Source of the DNA: Takakia lepidozioides
Taxonomy: Eukaryota; Plantae; Bryophyta
Length of the DNA: 64,000 bases
Assembly: GCA_030704615.1 (NCBI GenBank)
Contig: CM060732.1
Coordinates: 63,984,001 to 64,048,000 of the forward strand
Reading direction: 5' to 3'
Below, in pieces: positions 11,712 through 25,393 of this stretch. Position 1 is the first letter of the stretch. Each line of letters opens with the position of its first letter. A model generated the notes under the pieces. The model was not told the origin of the DNA, searched no databases, and saw only the letters and a program-made list of their open reading frames with translations. A program made the translations under genes and the position numbers.

Positions 11712-12056
11712 GGCTACTACTTCCCGTAGGAAGTTGGACCCTTGTGTTAGTAATCTTTGGATTGACCCCACAACCACTTCTGAGGTGGATATATGTCTAT
11801 TAATACAAGGCTACAACTTGATTGTGGAAGGAAGCATAAATTGGACATTTTGGATCTAAGATCACCTAGGTTATGCATAGGCAAGGCTCAAACTAATTCC
11901 CAACATACACTCGGCTACCTCCTCTAGCGCCACAAAGTGATAGACGGCAACCAAGTTGTAGCCGTAATGGGCACGTACCACCTCGGAAGTGGTTGTGGGT
12001 TCAATCCACCAATTGGTGACACAAATGTGTCCACCTTCGTACCAGCAGCAGTAGCC
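11712..12056. mobile_element. ~110 bp imperfect inverted repeats made of tRNA-like sequence (inverted SINE pair or MITE)
   Basis: 11712-11824 aligns with the reverse complement of 11948-12056. The right arm has TAGCCGTAATGG (A box), ACCAC-CTCGGAA-GTGGT (anticodon-like arm, CGG) and GGTTCAATCC (B box). Confidence 0.7.
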
Positions 12057-13473
12057 CTAGCCCTTCGAGGTCAAGAGACACCATAATTTACGCTTCACAT
12101 ATATATATCATATTAGTGATAGAACTGAAAGAACTGAATACCGTATACTAGAATTAGAGCATTTCGCATAGGCCAGGTCACGTTCCGGATGAACGAGAGG
12201 CCCGGATGTAAGGGTGGCAGTAGACATAAATATCTGTCTACTGCATATGGGTATTAGCTGGTGAAGGTATGGACTTCATAGATAAGTGGGAAGGGTACAT
12301 CAGTAGAACAGCACTTATGGAGGAGCCAATAAAATATATATATTTTCTTAACCTAGTAAGTAAATACATACTCATTTTGAAACTCTGGACCATCCAAACT
12401 GCCCTTAAAACAACTGTGGTTAGACATGCAAGGGGCAGGGTCTGGTGCTCAACCACTTTTACATATGGCGGATCCGATTTCCACATGGTACTCTGTGAGT
12501 TTCTAACCACCCTCTTTTGGAAAGGGAATGTTTGTGCTTTAGAGTGGAATCTTGGACAGAGGATTTGAAGACTATGATATTGTTCTTCAATGACCTCAAT
12601 ATATATATATATATATATAATAAAATAAAATAAATATAAATATAAATTATTATTATTAAATTTAAATAATTATTATTTATTAAAAAATAATATTTATTAA
12701 AATTAAAAAAAGGCGAAGCCCAATAGATTATAGGGTGGAAAAAATAACCACCACAAGGCCGTGGCCCGAGGCTTAGTTTTTGTAACCCATTGAATCTCAG
12801 CTCTAAAAAAAAACCTCATCCTTGCGAATTTCCAATGATGTAAATGGAATTTCCATTGTTACTAGCATTGGGCTTTAAAAAAGTAAAACTAGCACTGGGC
12901 TTGGTTCCCTTTCAAAAACTTTTTGTAAGTGAACTATTGGGCTGCCCATCTTTGCACAAATGGCACTACAACTTATGAGCTACGAGAAAAAAAATCAAAA
13001 AAAAAAACCTCTAGAATAAGTAACTTATCTGCAACCGCATATTTGAGATTTCTTTTAATTGTTGGATGGTCGAGCGTCAAACTTTATTAATAAAGTATAG
13101 AAAGTTTGAAAAGTGGGTAATGCAAGAGTTGCAGAAATGAGAACCGAGAGTCAACCTACCGCAGGTTGCTATACAGGAAGCCACCAGTCACTAAAATGCA
13201 TGGTGAGTGTCACTAAATCAAGTGGAATAAAGGGGATCGATAGTAACACTTGCCTCTATGAACTTCTCTGCACCCTCCGCCGCCTTGTCTTTCCCTCTTG
13301 CAGCCACTTTAATCCTACCTGCCATACCTGGCCCGACCCCCAACATAGCAAACAACTACTCACGCTGGCTCTGGCTCTCAAACCACTAGTGAGACACGCT
13401 ACTAGTGCCCTGTGCCGGCATGTTGAAGACACAAGTTACAAGCAACTAGTCGGTTGCTTCTCACCGGACGGAA

Positions 13474-13578
13474 CAGTATCTAGAACCTAGAACTATGTAG
13501 AAAGTCAACTAGAACTAGAACTATCTAGAAAGTTAGCTAGAACGAGAACTATCTAGAAAGCCCACCCTAGAAAGTCAA
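13474..13578. repeat. Short tandem repeat (~28 bp, AGAACTATCTAGAAAG core)
   Basis: About 3-4 copies of ctagaac(t/g)agaactat(c/g)tagaaag are visible. Confidence 0.7.
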
Positions 13579-13626
13579 TCCTTAATTTTTGGCCCCTTCA
13601 TTTCATTCTGTCACTGGCCTTAATAC

Positions 13627-14595
13627 TAGTGTTGTGCGGGTTCCGCCTTTTTAAGGAACCCGCGGGGTCCGGGTTTTTTTTTTTTGAGCCAAGTCCGGGT
13701 TCGGATCCGGGTTTTTGAAATTTGGAAAATCCGGGTCCGTAACGCGTAAGAACCTGCCCTTGGGAGGGGGACAACAGCGGTTCGGGTCCGGGTTTGTCAA
13801 CACGGACTCGGGTTAGGGTCGAGGTAGTTGTTGGGAAATATTAGTGGGTTCACGGTTCGGATCCGGGTCCTATTTAATTGATTAAATAAATTAGAAAAAT
13901 AAGATTAATTAGGGATAAAATTATTTTTGGCTGAAAAAAACTTTAAATCCTAATAATGAATTTTATTTTAAGAGACATTCCTTCAAAATATACCATGAAT
14001 ATGTATTGCTCATTTAACACAAGAATTAAAATAAAAGTTTGAGTTCCAATTTCTATTTTTCAATATCAATTCTTTAAACATGTTAAGAATAGTAATACGC
14101 CTGAAGGATAGATCACTATAGCATGGATGTGTGGGATCTGGCCTAATAATAATATAAGACGCCTCCTTTGGGAGGTGTAAATTATGGTCCCATAGGGCAC
14201 AACTTTGTGACACCACGCCGTGGATTGAACCCACAACCGCTTTTGAGGTGGTATGTGGCCATTACCAGTGGTTTACAACGTGGTGGGGCTGGCTGCTGCA
14301 GTGGCCTATTGCTGTGCTCGTCCCCTCCACACATATGACAAAACCTACCAGATCTAAGGTGGACTCCGCATGCCCCATCTAAATTTAAAACCCGGACCCT
14401 GACCCGCTACATTGGCCCGTGGGTAGCGGGTTTAACCGGTTCTGGACCCAGCAGGCGGGTCCGGGTCCGGTTCCGGGTTCATTTCTAATATGAACCTGGG
14501 TCAGGGTAAGGGTTTTTTGTGATAGCCGGGTCCGGGTAACCCGGATCCTAACCCGCCGGGTACCCGCCTTCAAAACCTGGACCCGCACAACACTG
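13627..14595. mobile_element. Non-autonomous hAT DNA transposon
   Basis: TIRs TAGTGTTGTGCGGGT (13627) / ACCCGCACAACACTG (14581-14595). 8 bp TSD CTTAATAC/GTTAATAC (1 mismatch). Dense subterminal CCGGGT/ACCCGG repeats at both ends. Confidence 0.85.
14204..14285 (-). mobile_element. Third copy of the tRNA-like element, inside the hAT element
   Basis: tggattgaacccacaaccgcttttgaggtggtatgtggccattac matches the arms at 11712-11824 and 11948-12056. Confidence 0.6.
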
Positions 14596-15195
14596 GTTAA
14601 TACATTGGCCCCCTCTTTTAACTCCGGAACCACGCAAATTCCTGGACCACTCTAGAATTAACTGGGCCGAATGAAACTGCTCTACATATTGGATCCCTGG
14701 AAAAAAAGGTGAAAGTATAAGAAAACCAAAATTTCCCCCCCTAAGAAACTGTTGTTGTCTTTTCTAGTCACTCCTCCACTTATGGAAAATTCCCTTTGTA
14801 AATGTAGTGATCACCCCATCAAATTCCCATCAAATTCCTTCTGAGTGTGTGTACAGGCTCACTGGATTCTTCCTCGGGGTCAGTATGACAGAAAGTATGG
14901 AACTGAGATGCATGCGGGGTCCCAGATTGTGGGATATCTTGCAGAGCCAGCAGAAGTAATGTCTCCAAGAACAATCTTAGAATGTGTGATATCCGACCCT
15001 GCATTGTCTGAATCGGAAGTGAAGATTCCGGTTTTGTATGGGGATGGCAATTGTCAATCGGAACTGTGAGTGATGGCCGATGTGAGTCGAGCTCGTTTCT
15101 TCTGTGGAGAATGTTGTGTAACTTTTTGGTGGCGTTTGTTTGAAGGTGTGCAAAAGTGAAGGGAGACTGGGTCTAGAGGAAGGGGACGGGCAAGA

Positions 15196-18100
15196 ATGGT
15201 GCAGAGCTATTGGAGGCCTGCATCGCCCATCATGCTGCCTGTCGCCCCGGCAAACCTTTGCCATCGGCACCTTCAACCCCCACCAGCTTCCTGCTGCACA
15301 TTTCAAGTGGCTCCATCAGAAGTTACCTGGTGTAATTTGCAAGCTCTGTCTCCACCCATCTGGCCTCTGCTCCGCTGCACCCCTCAACCTCTGCCTCTCT
15401 CTCTCTCCGTGAGTCTCTCTCTATCTGGGCCTCCCGCGGGTGGACTACTTTCTTTTCTTTCCTCAGTACATCACAGCAAACAGGTGGGCTTTTTATGGAG
15501 TTCGGTCAATGTGGTCCTTTTCCTGCTCTTGCTTCTCGAATCTCGAATAAGGCCAAACCCGCCAAACCAAGTGTGGAGGAATGAATTTGAGTAACCCTTA
15601 CTGGAACATGTGCCACGTATTGCACGTTCTGACAATTTTCACTTCCCAGGTGCTAAAAACCCCTATCGAATCTTGCCAATTCACTTCATCTTTTGCTTGC
15701 AGGTATGGTGGTACCCAAGAAAGCACAGAGGTGGCAGTGTTCATGCATCAGCACAATTACCACGACCGCCAAGGGCATTATGGCCTATCCTACTGCCACG
15801 ACCTCTCATCTACAGCTCTGATTTGTCTGATGTTGATCCCGCCCAGGTGGGTTCAAGTATTTGGAGGTCATTACGCCAACAATTCAAACCTAAACAAACC
15901 TGCAGGGGATCGAAAGCATTTGCTTTCTCTGGGCAACCATAAACAATCAACTGTCAACCAATCCACCTATTTTGAACACACAGTAGTTGTAGTTGAGTCT
16001 TTATCATGGACTGTTTGTGGAGCACACCGAGACTCAGATTGTCAATAACCCTCTGGAAAATTACAAAGTACATTGCTCCAACCTAGGTTTCAAACAGCTC
16101 AGTGTTAGTCAATAGAGGGGAAATTCTGTAGGTGAGCTCCTTTTCACATTGACTTAGCTTCCATATATGTCACTGATTTTGGCGTTGTTGGGTGCATCCA
16201 GCTCAGTGATCTTTGGGCCAAAACATTGAAGGTCTCCAGGGCCCCAAGGAAGATCGTCAAAGCTCTCCGTCACAGCTTTGCGGTAAAACAATGGGCTACT
16301 TGCACTTTGGGCCCTGTCGATTGGGATGTGCATGGTGTCGGGGGTGGGATTTTCACTGTGGTCCTACACATTTTCTGGTGGGTTTTTGCTGCAAGGCCTG
16401 GATGGTAAGAGTGGCATTCATGGGTACCTACCCTGCTTTTTCAAAGTCTGAGCTCCTGTTTGGCCTTTACTTGGCACTGTGTTTCTCATTCAAAGAGTTT
16501 GATCCGAGATCTAGTTGATATGGGAACAAAGGGGGTGTCACATTTGCTGAGATGGAAGTAAAAGTGCCTGTTTTACGCCGTTGCTAATCTTGGGCAGCAG
16601 CTCGAATGCTGCAGTTTGTGGTTGTCCTGGAAGAGCTAGAAAACACAACCATGGGATCAACGCCTCCCACAAAGATCGTGGGTATGTTCTCTCACTGAAA
16701 CGTAGTTCTGTAAGATGCCAGTTTCACTGATTCATGCTATGATTTGAACTGCATGAGAAATATTGCAATGTTGCTGTTGAGTAGGCATCACACTCCATGT
16801 ACTATGTACCTTGGGATCACCCCAACTGATGGGAATAAGTTAAGGTGACAAAGAACCCCTCTCTGTGAGTGTTTCCAGCCATCCAAGCGTGAAGTCGTTT
16901 CGACAAGGCCACCATGAGCCGATTGCATCCTTAACTTCTTTAACAAAGACTAGAATATGTATCTTGGTACTGTGCAAGTCGTGAAGTGCTATTGGGCCAA
17001 CAAATTACTGTCATTACCTCATTTCCTATGTGGCCCGATGACAAGTTTTGACACGCAGATTTCAAAGCTTACTTTGGTTTCATGTGATGCAGGTGTAGGG
17101 CGTGCTGTGTCTGATGGAGCATTTATTGTATGTATCTTTGACAAAATTCCTCTTTTCTGTTGGTTTGTTTGTTGTGCACATAAGGATAGCAAGCTCAGGA
17201 CGGAAGATGTCAAGAGGGAGGTCTCAACAGCTAGAGGCTAAGCTCTGTCAGCTTTGGTGGACTGGGTGCCTAATGATTAGTCATGCATTATGGCTGCTGT
17301 CTACTTAACTTGAAAGCCAGTTCTTCCTGTGTCACGTTTTGCAACATGTGGCAGGCAACAATATGTGATGTGGCAGTTGATCCTGAGTACCAAAGACAAG
17401 GCATTGGCCGGCGGATTGTCAAGCGCCTTGTGCAGGTTGCATTGCCACCCTATTGGAGATCTGGAGAGAAAACCTTGCAAAAGGCAATTGGAAAAGGAGT
17501 AGTTTTGTCTGGGCTAGCAGGTCCACCTTATAGTAGTGGCAGTTTCTTTGGCAGTAGACATCATTGCTGAAGTTTCATACTCGCTTTATGCCTGAACCAA
17601 ACTTTTAACCCTGCGATATGACCAACTCTCACCCTTCTCAGCGGGGTCATCTAATTCGTCTATATTTCCAGAGTGACTCCTAGACGAGAGCCCCAATGAC
17701 AGCCTCCCTCTGCAGTTTCAACAGGGAGTCCTTGGGACACTTTGCTAACCAATTAGTCTTGGACCAAGGTGGGGGGGTGCTGAGAGCAGCAGCACTCTCG
17801 ACTCATTAGCTTGGAGCTGTCTGGAGGGTGCAGGATATGAAGAGGAAAGGAGGTCCAACGGGTTTTGCTGTCTTTCCTCCACCAATCGCAAGGCGTTTTT
17901 TTTGGATGATAGGTTTCAGGTGGTGTTCACCTTTACAGTCTTCTAAATATCCTGGTTTTACTTTGTTGCTACGAAGATCCAGATAGGACTGTGGGTGATC
18001 TCATGTTGGATTTAAGGGTTCTACTTGCTTCACAAAATTAAGGCCCCTTACAAGCAGCCACCTGGACTGCCGTGATAATGCATCCGTTCTTCTTACACCT

Positions 18101-18252
18101 AAGACTCTGTGAGGGAATTACTGGTTGGAAATGATAACAGAGCTGATAGGAAGTACTGCTTTATGGAGTATCGTGGAGTCGACGACTTCAATAATAACTG
18201 GAGGAATGGCAAAGATGGCTTTCATGAGAGCAGAGGGGAACTGGACTGCTGA
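15196..18252 (+). CDS. GNAT-family N-acetyltransferase (plastid GNAT/NSI/SNAT-like), 8 exons
   Basis: Phase-consistent GT-AG exons: 15196-15408, 15703-15846, 16202-16282, 16615-16681, 17093-17127, 17355-17435, 17834-17919, 18141-18252. The protein includes KALRHSF...IVGVGRAVSDGAFIATICDVAVDPEYQRQGIGRRIV (acetyl-CoA motif A, QRQGIG). Exon 1 is less certain. Confidence 0.85.
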
Positions 18253-19354
18253 TGGACATGTAACAATTTTGTACTGGATGTCCGGGGGTCTTTGCTACTG
18301 CCCCTCATGATCTCATACTTGCTGAAATCAACTGACTGTTGTTCCCCGACCTCCCCCAAATAGCTATAAAGTGTTTGCAAACAAGAGGAAGTCACATCCT
18401 CCCCATGTTTATATGCCATGCATCCAACTCATGTGGGTAAAGCTAGTGGTCTGTTTATGATGGATTTGAGCAGCTGACATGGAGTAGATTAGTGGGAGAT
18501 TGTGCTCGTGATAACTTGTTTACCAGTTTCCTTGATGCCTTGACTTAAGTCCTTGTGACCATCGGGATGGCTGAGTAGGGCAGGTTGTTAAAAAGTGGAA
18601 AGACGTTCAGAATACCTTCCGGCGGCACAAGTAAACTATTAGATTGAGTTCAATTCTATTATTATAACCGCAAAAGACTGCAGCAGATTTGAGATTGGTA
18701 GATTGACATCACCAAGTTGTGCATACTGGTGGTCATATTTAAATATATTCAAAAACTTTGTTACTATCCCATTTTTTGTACTGTCACTGGGTCTCTGTTT
18801 CAAAATTTCTAGTTACATTCTTTCAAATACTTCAACAATTTTGTTGAGGGTATTGTAGGGACACATCTCCCATTGACGGTTTCCATGCTGGATTTCAGTG
18901 GCAACTCCAGCAGGTCTCATACTGTTATGTCTATCCACATGAAAATACCAATGCAATGGTGGACTCCTATATTCAAGGGATTATTTCCCTGATACATCAC
19001 CCTGCCCTTCCATGAAACCTACAAGACAGATCGACTTCAAATGTTCAGCAACAACAAACCACCATGTTGCAATTAGCCGAGACATGGACAGATGTGGAGA
19101 TCTCTGGTTGAGGTGGCTTGGGGCCTCACACATACACTATTGAGAAGCAGACTGACATGCTGCTGTGGCTTTGCCACACTGCCGAAAAGGGCAAGAGAGG
19201 CTGACACATTTTGTTCAGGCTTACTGCACACAAATGATGCAACCCCAGCCTGACATGCCCATTCTCACCATCTCATCATCTTCAGAAATGAGAATATGAA
19301 TTTCAATTGATGTATGATTGTTGACGTATGCAACGCAGCATATCAAGTTTTTTC

Positions 19355-21396
19355 TCACCTCGTACTACATTCTAAAACTGACGGATCCGGATGCTCACAA
19401 GAGGTGCAACTAGTCTGTGATGTGTCATAGGTGATAAGCCCCACAAGATCTTTCAAGAAGGGGCCTACATGGGGTCTTAATTGACCCCATCCATTGCACC
19501 ATAAGACAAATTCATGGTGCCTCAGATCATCGTGTAAGATAACTCTCGAATCACACCCTAATTGTTTCAGCACGCTGTGAAATGCACAGCTTGAAGCAGG
19601 AGGAACCACCGTGTCTCTGCGACTGGCGAAGAGCATGCAAGTGGGAACCAGGTCAGTACCTTTGACTTGCATCTTGGCGGAGTTATCCGCTGTGTGTTCA
19701 ACCACACCCGAAAAATCTGTTCCTTGTGCTGAGAGAGAGCTGAAGAGTAAAGTTGGGGACATTGACTCAAAGCCTCTTTCTCCACCCATGGCTGGTCTCA
19801 TACAGGAAATTGCCCCCACACCTCGGCTCACTTCAAACTTATAATGCTCCTTGATGTCATAGACCCCTGATAATCCAATAAAGCAATAAGGTTGTCGCAC
19901 ATCTAGTTCCTGCAAGACAGGATCTCGGACCTCATTTAATCTGCGGTTTGCTCGCTCCCAAAGCATCATTGCGCCTATATGTCCACCTAAACAATTACCA
20001 AACAGATCACATACTCTACATCATCAAACCCAGGACATTTGCCTCAATTATCTAAGCCATTGACAAATTGCAACACCAAGATCTTGCACACATTACAGAA
20101 AGCTAATGGTGAACAGGCTTTAGTACATAGAAGTGGGCCAATCCACCGGCTCCTGGAAATAATATACGATGTCACACCCCAGATTGACAGGCAAACACAT
20201 CGCAATTGCACAAAAACAAAGAATATGCACTGTATTAGCAAGCATACCTGAAGAATGACCCATGACATAAACTTTACTAGGGTCACCACCATAATACCCT
20301 GCATTGTCCATTGTCCAGGTCATTGCCAGTGATACCTCGCTTACTTGAATTTTAGCCAACACCTGCGGTGTGCAACATAATAGAACACCAGATTACAAAC
20401 CCCTGCAGCAACATGCACCTCACTCTGCAGAAACTATACAGTAATGAAGAAGCAGATATTCTGTCTCTTGCAACATCCACCCTGAGGAACGCGATCTTGC
20501 TCTAACCTGCGGGTAAAGGCTGTACTGCACCACCACCACCACCACACCATGCTGGGCAAGGTGGGCAGCTAACGGACAATATTGCCACCTCTCTCCGGAA
20601 GACCATACGCCTCCGTGAACGTACATGACAACGGGCATGGCACTTGCCCTTACCTGCGTCTTGGGCACATACACATCCGCCCTGACCACACAAGCCCTTT
20701 TCAGAAATAAGCTCTCGCCCATGCCACTAAAATTCACTGTGACTGAGAGCCATGATATGGGCGGAATGGGTAACCTCACAATGATAAAAACGAATAACAG
20801 CAGCTCTTTTTCAAATTGAATCCGGTATGAACAGGTGACCCTTACAAATTTCGTTCCGCATTTCCATAGCGCACATTCCGAGCAATCAAAACTCTGTTGC
20901 TGAGTGACGATGACCAGATTTGCAGCCTTCTGCTCCCATGCATCGACGCCCCGTTCAGAATACCAGAAGGTTTGAGCTGGCCAGGAGCCATCTGTGACTC
21001 TGTAGACGAGGAGTACGAAGAATGAAAAGGTTCGAAGGATTCATAGAGATATTTCGCATAAATTCCGTACGGTAGAAGCGTGAGCATACCCCCCACCTCC
21101 CTCAGCACAGTGATCGCCAAGCTGAAAGCAACTAACACGCGCTGTGAGGGGCCCTGTGCAGCACACACCTCCCTCCAGACCGCCTTGACAGCCTCCCCCA
21201 ACATCCCTGCCACTGCCATTCCCGCTCTCTGCTGCGTCCCCTTCCGGACAACCCAACGGCACCTAGACCAGTGCCGGGCCCCAACCCATCCCCGAGAATG
21301 CGCGCAACGGGCAAACGACCTCCCCGTCAGACTGTAGCTTCTGCCGAGCGAGTGCAGGGAGGGCAGCACGATGCTTTGCAGCGACATTACCGTCAT
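19355..21396 (-). CDS. Alpha/beta hydrolase, isoprenylcysteine alpha-carbonyl methylesterase (ICME)-like, 4 exons
   Basis: Exons 21396 (or ATG 21219)-20846, 20681-20507, 20362-20248, 19986-19355. Motifs RNVRYG..RNL-DVY, VHGGVW (oxyanion HGG), GHSSGGH (nucleophile GxSxG), FIGLSGVYDI, DTVVP, and a late His. Confidence 0.85.
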
Positions 21397-22186
21397 ACAA
21401 ACATGCTAGTACCATTCTTTGCGATGTGCCCAATGCTGCAACGATCTTACACACATGGAAGGTGATATGGAGTGTCGATCTCAGTTGTTACTGCTACACC
21501 TCACCGACTCCTTCGCATCTTGTTTGACGTGAGACAAGTCTTCATCACCTTCCCTTCCCATGTCTGAAAAGCACAGGGCCATTCCCAGAGCTACATACAT
21601 GTGAGAGACTGATCTCGGCAGCTTCCTCACACGTCTTCAACTCTCCCCTCTCGTCTCCACGTTCAGCGATGAAGCACAGCGCGAGTATATTCCTCGCGTT
21701 GCTTTATTCATGGATGAATGACTACGTTGTTGTTAGGATGAAGACAGCAGTCGCTGTTGGCCTGCCTATATTTACGCTGAGATTTGTGTCACGTCAACGG
21801 TCAGATTTGTTGCAGATTAGCCTACATGGCGGCCTATCTGTCTTAGCACTTGGATGGAATTTGGACAGCGTATGCACGATGGCCACGTGGATGAGCTGTT
21901 TGTGTTGGCCTATTTATTGAAACTTGGGAGCATTTCTCTTTTTTTTCTTTTTCTTTTTCTTTTCTTTGAGAAAAGGGCCCGAGCAGATTTTTTTTAGAAC
22001 AATTAAAAGAAAGGGGACAGCAGATTAGTACCCTTGAATGGTGTTTTGGTGGGTTAAACTGGTGTTAGTAATGAGTAGATGAATGATGCTCAAGTGTTGT
22101 AAGGCGGAATATTTGATGAATAGTGAGGGGGATTTGTGAAGAAGCATCAACTCTATCTTGCATGCACACTTTACCGACCTACATAC

Positions 22187-22673
22187 CAGTGTTAGAACTG
22201 GTATCAAGTTTTATACATACTAGTATGGTCCTGGTACCAGGACCATACTAGTACCAGTATCATAGAACTTTTATACCAGTCTGGTCTATATAATGGTGGA
22301 TGTATTCTTTTCCAGATACTAGTATGAATATGAGTAGATGACCACAATACCAGCTAGTATGAGATGTCAATTCTGATATCATTCCAAAGCCAGCTTGAAT
22401 TACAAGTTTATCAAATAGCAAGTATCAAGTGAAAACAAATAAAATACGCATAAAGAAGTAAATATACATAAGTACAAGTATGTAAGCATATGTACATAAA
22501 TTAGTATAATACACATACCAGAATAAATGAGCAAGACGGCGGGGGAGTACTGGTATTGTGGATGGTATGAAAAAACTGCTACCAGCTTGCACTGGTATAT
22601 GACCAAGGATTCTCCCAAATGATACCAGATTGGTCTGGTATCTAATACCAGTGCATATACCGGTCCAACACTG
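22187..22673. mobile_element. hAT-type MITE
   Basis: TIRs CAGTGTTAGAACTGG / CCGGTCCAACACTG. Perfect 8 bp TSD CTACATAC (22179-22186, 22674-22681). Many ATACCAG/CTGGTAT subterminal repeats. Confidence 0.9.
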
Positions 22674-25393
22674 CTACATACCACTGATTTAGCTCAATGC
22701 TACATAGGAAGAGGAATCTTTAGTGGAGCATGATGCGACATCACAAGCCCTGACATTTTATTAATAAGGGGGGGAAAATAAAACCCCATCTTTTCTTTTT
22801 AGCATGATCCTGGCTTCACAAGTTTTTTTTTTTTTTTTTTTTTTCTCCCTTTCCCCCTCCCTGCTTGCTTAATATGACCAAAGGGCAAGCTCTATCCCCT
22901 TGAGATCTTGCAAAAGAAAAAACTAGGAGTTGCATAGTACTTACTATATTGTACAAAATGCTCTACAGTCTACCCTCTATGTGTGTTACACCTCGGGAAT
23001 TGATAAAACATAATACATATAGATATTTAACATCATAACAGATATATTATAATAAAATTTATCCAAAAATCACATTTAGATAAAATCACATTTACAATAT
23101 AGAATGCTCTACAGTCTACCATCTATATGTGTTACTAGCCTGCATTCAGCAACAACATCCTCTAGAGCCGCCAAATTGTCATAATGCATCGTTGCATTCC
23201 GCGCAAGGATGCATCTTCTCTATAATTCTTTGTAGCGTCGATGTTGTCATCCATGTCCATGGCATCACAACCTAGCTGCAATGACGACAAAGAGGTTAAA
23301 AGTGATGAATGAATTATAATAACTTTAATCCCTGCATAGGCTACATATTCAACTAACCCGGACAAAGTGAGCAACATTTAAATCATAAAGATGCTTGCTG
23401 TTGCCATCCACCTTGGACTTCTTCTTGACGCTCCACTTGAAAATTTTGCCTCCACATACTGCCAAATCTCTCTTCGCCATAGCCATAAGAAGAGCCCTTG
23501 CACCGGAGGCATTCTTGAAAAATAGGTACATGCAACATCTGCAACTCCAGTTATGCAAGACGGAGCTCAGTTCTAGAAGCCCTCGTTTGTTGACCTGAAT
23601 TCTTCTTAGAGCTGGTGGTTTCACCAGAAGTCATGGTGACTTTAACTTCAAGATTTTCACAGGAGGAAAGACGATGAGTACTCTAGCATACAATCATGCT
23701 AGCAATATAGAAACAGAGACAAAGATAGGTTTCAACATCATACTAGAGAGACGCAAACTTTGAGAGAGAGATTGAGAGATAGAATCAATGGCCTGAGTGC
23801 CAACATAAATACACAAACCTCAACTTTAGATATTTCTATTTGAAGTTCTAGTGCTATTCCTATTTGCACTCCTCTGCCTGTTCTCTGTTTGTCATGACAT
23901 GAATATCAAAAGTATCAAACAATATCCGACTTGCTATTCAGGAGCATTAGTTACATTGAAGTGAACAAACACTCTAACATCATTATCATAAACATTTTGA
24001 TATGGTTTGGAGGTGGATTTGTAGTTGTTCAACAAAAGAATCTAAATTGAGGACACATTTGAAAAAAAATAAAAAATGCTCGATGCAGTCGTTCTCTCTA
24101 CAACTTTAGAAACCTAGTGATTGACTTAGTCACTGTGGAGTGCTCATCATCAAGCCATCTCTACCAATTGAGAGAAGCATTCATAATGACAAGCATATGG
24201 AAAAAAAAAAAAAACCCAGGAACTACCAACCAAAATAAGCCATCCACAATGTGATGACAATGAGAAGTGCGACCCCTAGCTTCCAAGAATCCAGAGACCT
24301 AGCTATTTTGGCTTAAATATCGACCATTCACGTATCCATGCGGACCTAAGCTTCACACATTCAAATCGATTCATGGATCATATGTGAGAGCAAGAGAAAA
24401 GCTATCACCAACATTTGACAATACACGACGTGGTGAGAAGCACAAAATGTACGATGATGCCGTGTTATTTGTCTGTGATCTTCAAATCAAAAAAGTGTTC
24501 GACGACGTCTCAACGAGAGCATAAGAGGAGTCAAAAATCGCGTGAAAATTAGCATCGCTCCACAATTCGACAACGATCTCAACGAGGGAGTCAGAAATCT
24601 TATCGACCTTCGTCTTCTCTTTTCAAATCTTTACACGGAAGCGAAAATCTCGATCCGCGCTAGTTTCTATTAGACCTTTGCCACTCCAAGCAAGACCAGT
24701 TTTTTTTGCGATGTCGGCAATCACAACGGCTGTCCCTATGTCTCCCATTAGGGAAGGACAACTCCCGTTTAAAGAGGGCAGGGCGCCTCCAACTTGAGTA
24801 CAGTTGTAAGATATTACGTTTTAAGATGTTATGTAAAGTGTAAGATCACTCGCATCAAAGCTCTAGCTGCTGCAAACCCTTATTTGGAAGTCTTTTTCCA
24901 TGGAATCTCCAGTATTTTGTTATCACAATTCTTTGCATTAGTATCTTGTGCTATGTGAGCTTAGCATTAGTTTTTTTTTGTTTTCATCTAGCATGGTTTT
25001 CCCAGGACTGTCTATGTTTTGCCGATCACTTCCAAATCAACATCTCTTAAATAGAAAATATTAATACCCATAGAACACCAAGAAACTGCACAATTACTCA
25101 GTGATGGTCTAACATACATCTTTACAAAATGCATCCTATCATCACTATACTCCATGTAACATATATCGTTCACACATATTGTCAAACACTAAGCATGCAT
25201 CCACTATTGATGTATACAACTTGACTATCATCGAAAATTGAACTTGGCTTCTTACCATTCAGCTTGTAGGCTAAACCCCCACCGTTCATAATCTTAGCAT
25301 TCTACAACCGTATGCACTAACATTTCCGATCGGTTTGAAATTGGGCTGAATATTTGTCGTTTTTTTTTTTTTTTCTAAATCCAACAGATGTAG

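Noticed and set aside
11955-12020. Functional tRNA-Pro gene
   Set aside because: No convincing acceptor stem or D-arm, and degenerate copies nearby; better explained as a tRNA-derived repeat.
9058-13578. CRISPR-like arrays at the short repeats (9058-9283, 13474-13578)
   Set aside because: Degenerate tandem units without unique spacers, no cas genes, eukaryotic context.
14845-15069. 74 aa ORF upstream of GNAT
   Set aside because: Non-ATG start in the track and no recognisable domain.
22957-23134. ~30 bp direct repeat aatgctctacagtctacc..tctat.tgtgtta, 146 bp apart
   Set aside because: Real, but only two copies around AT-rich DNA; an ordinary local duplication.
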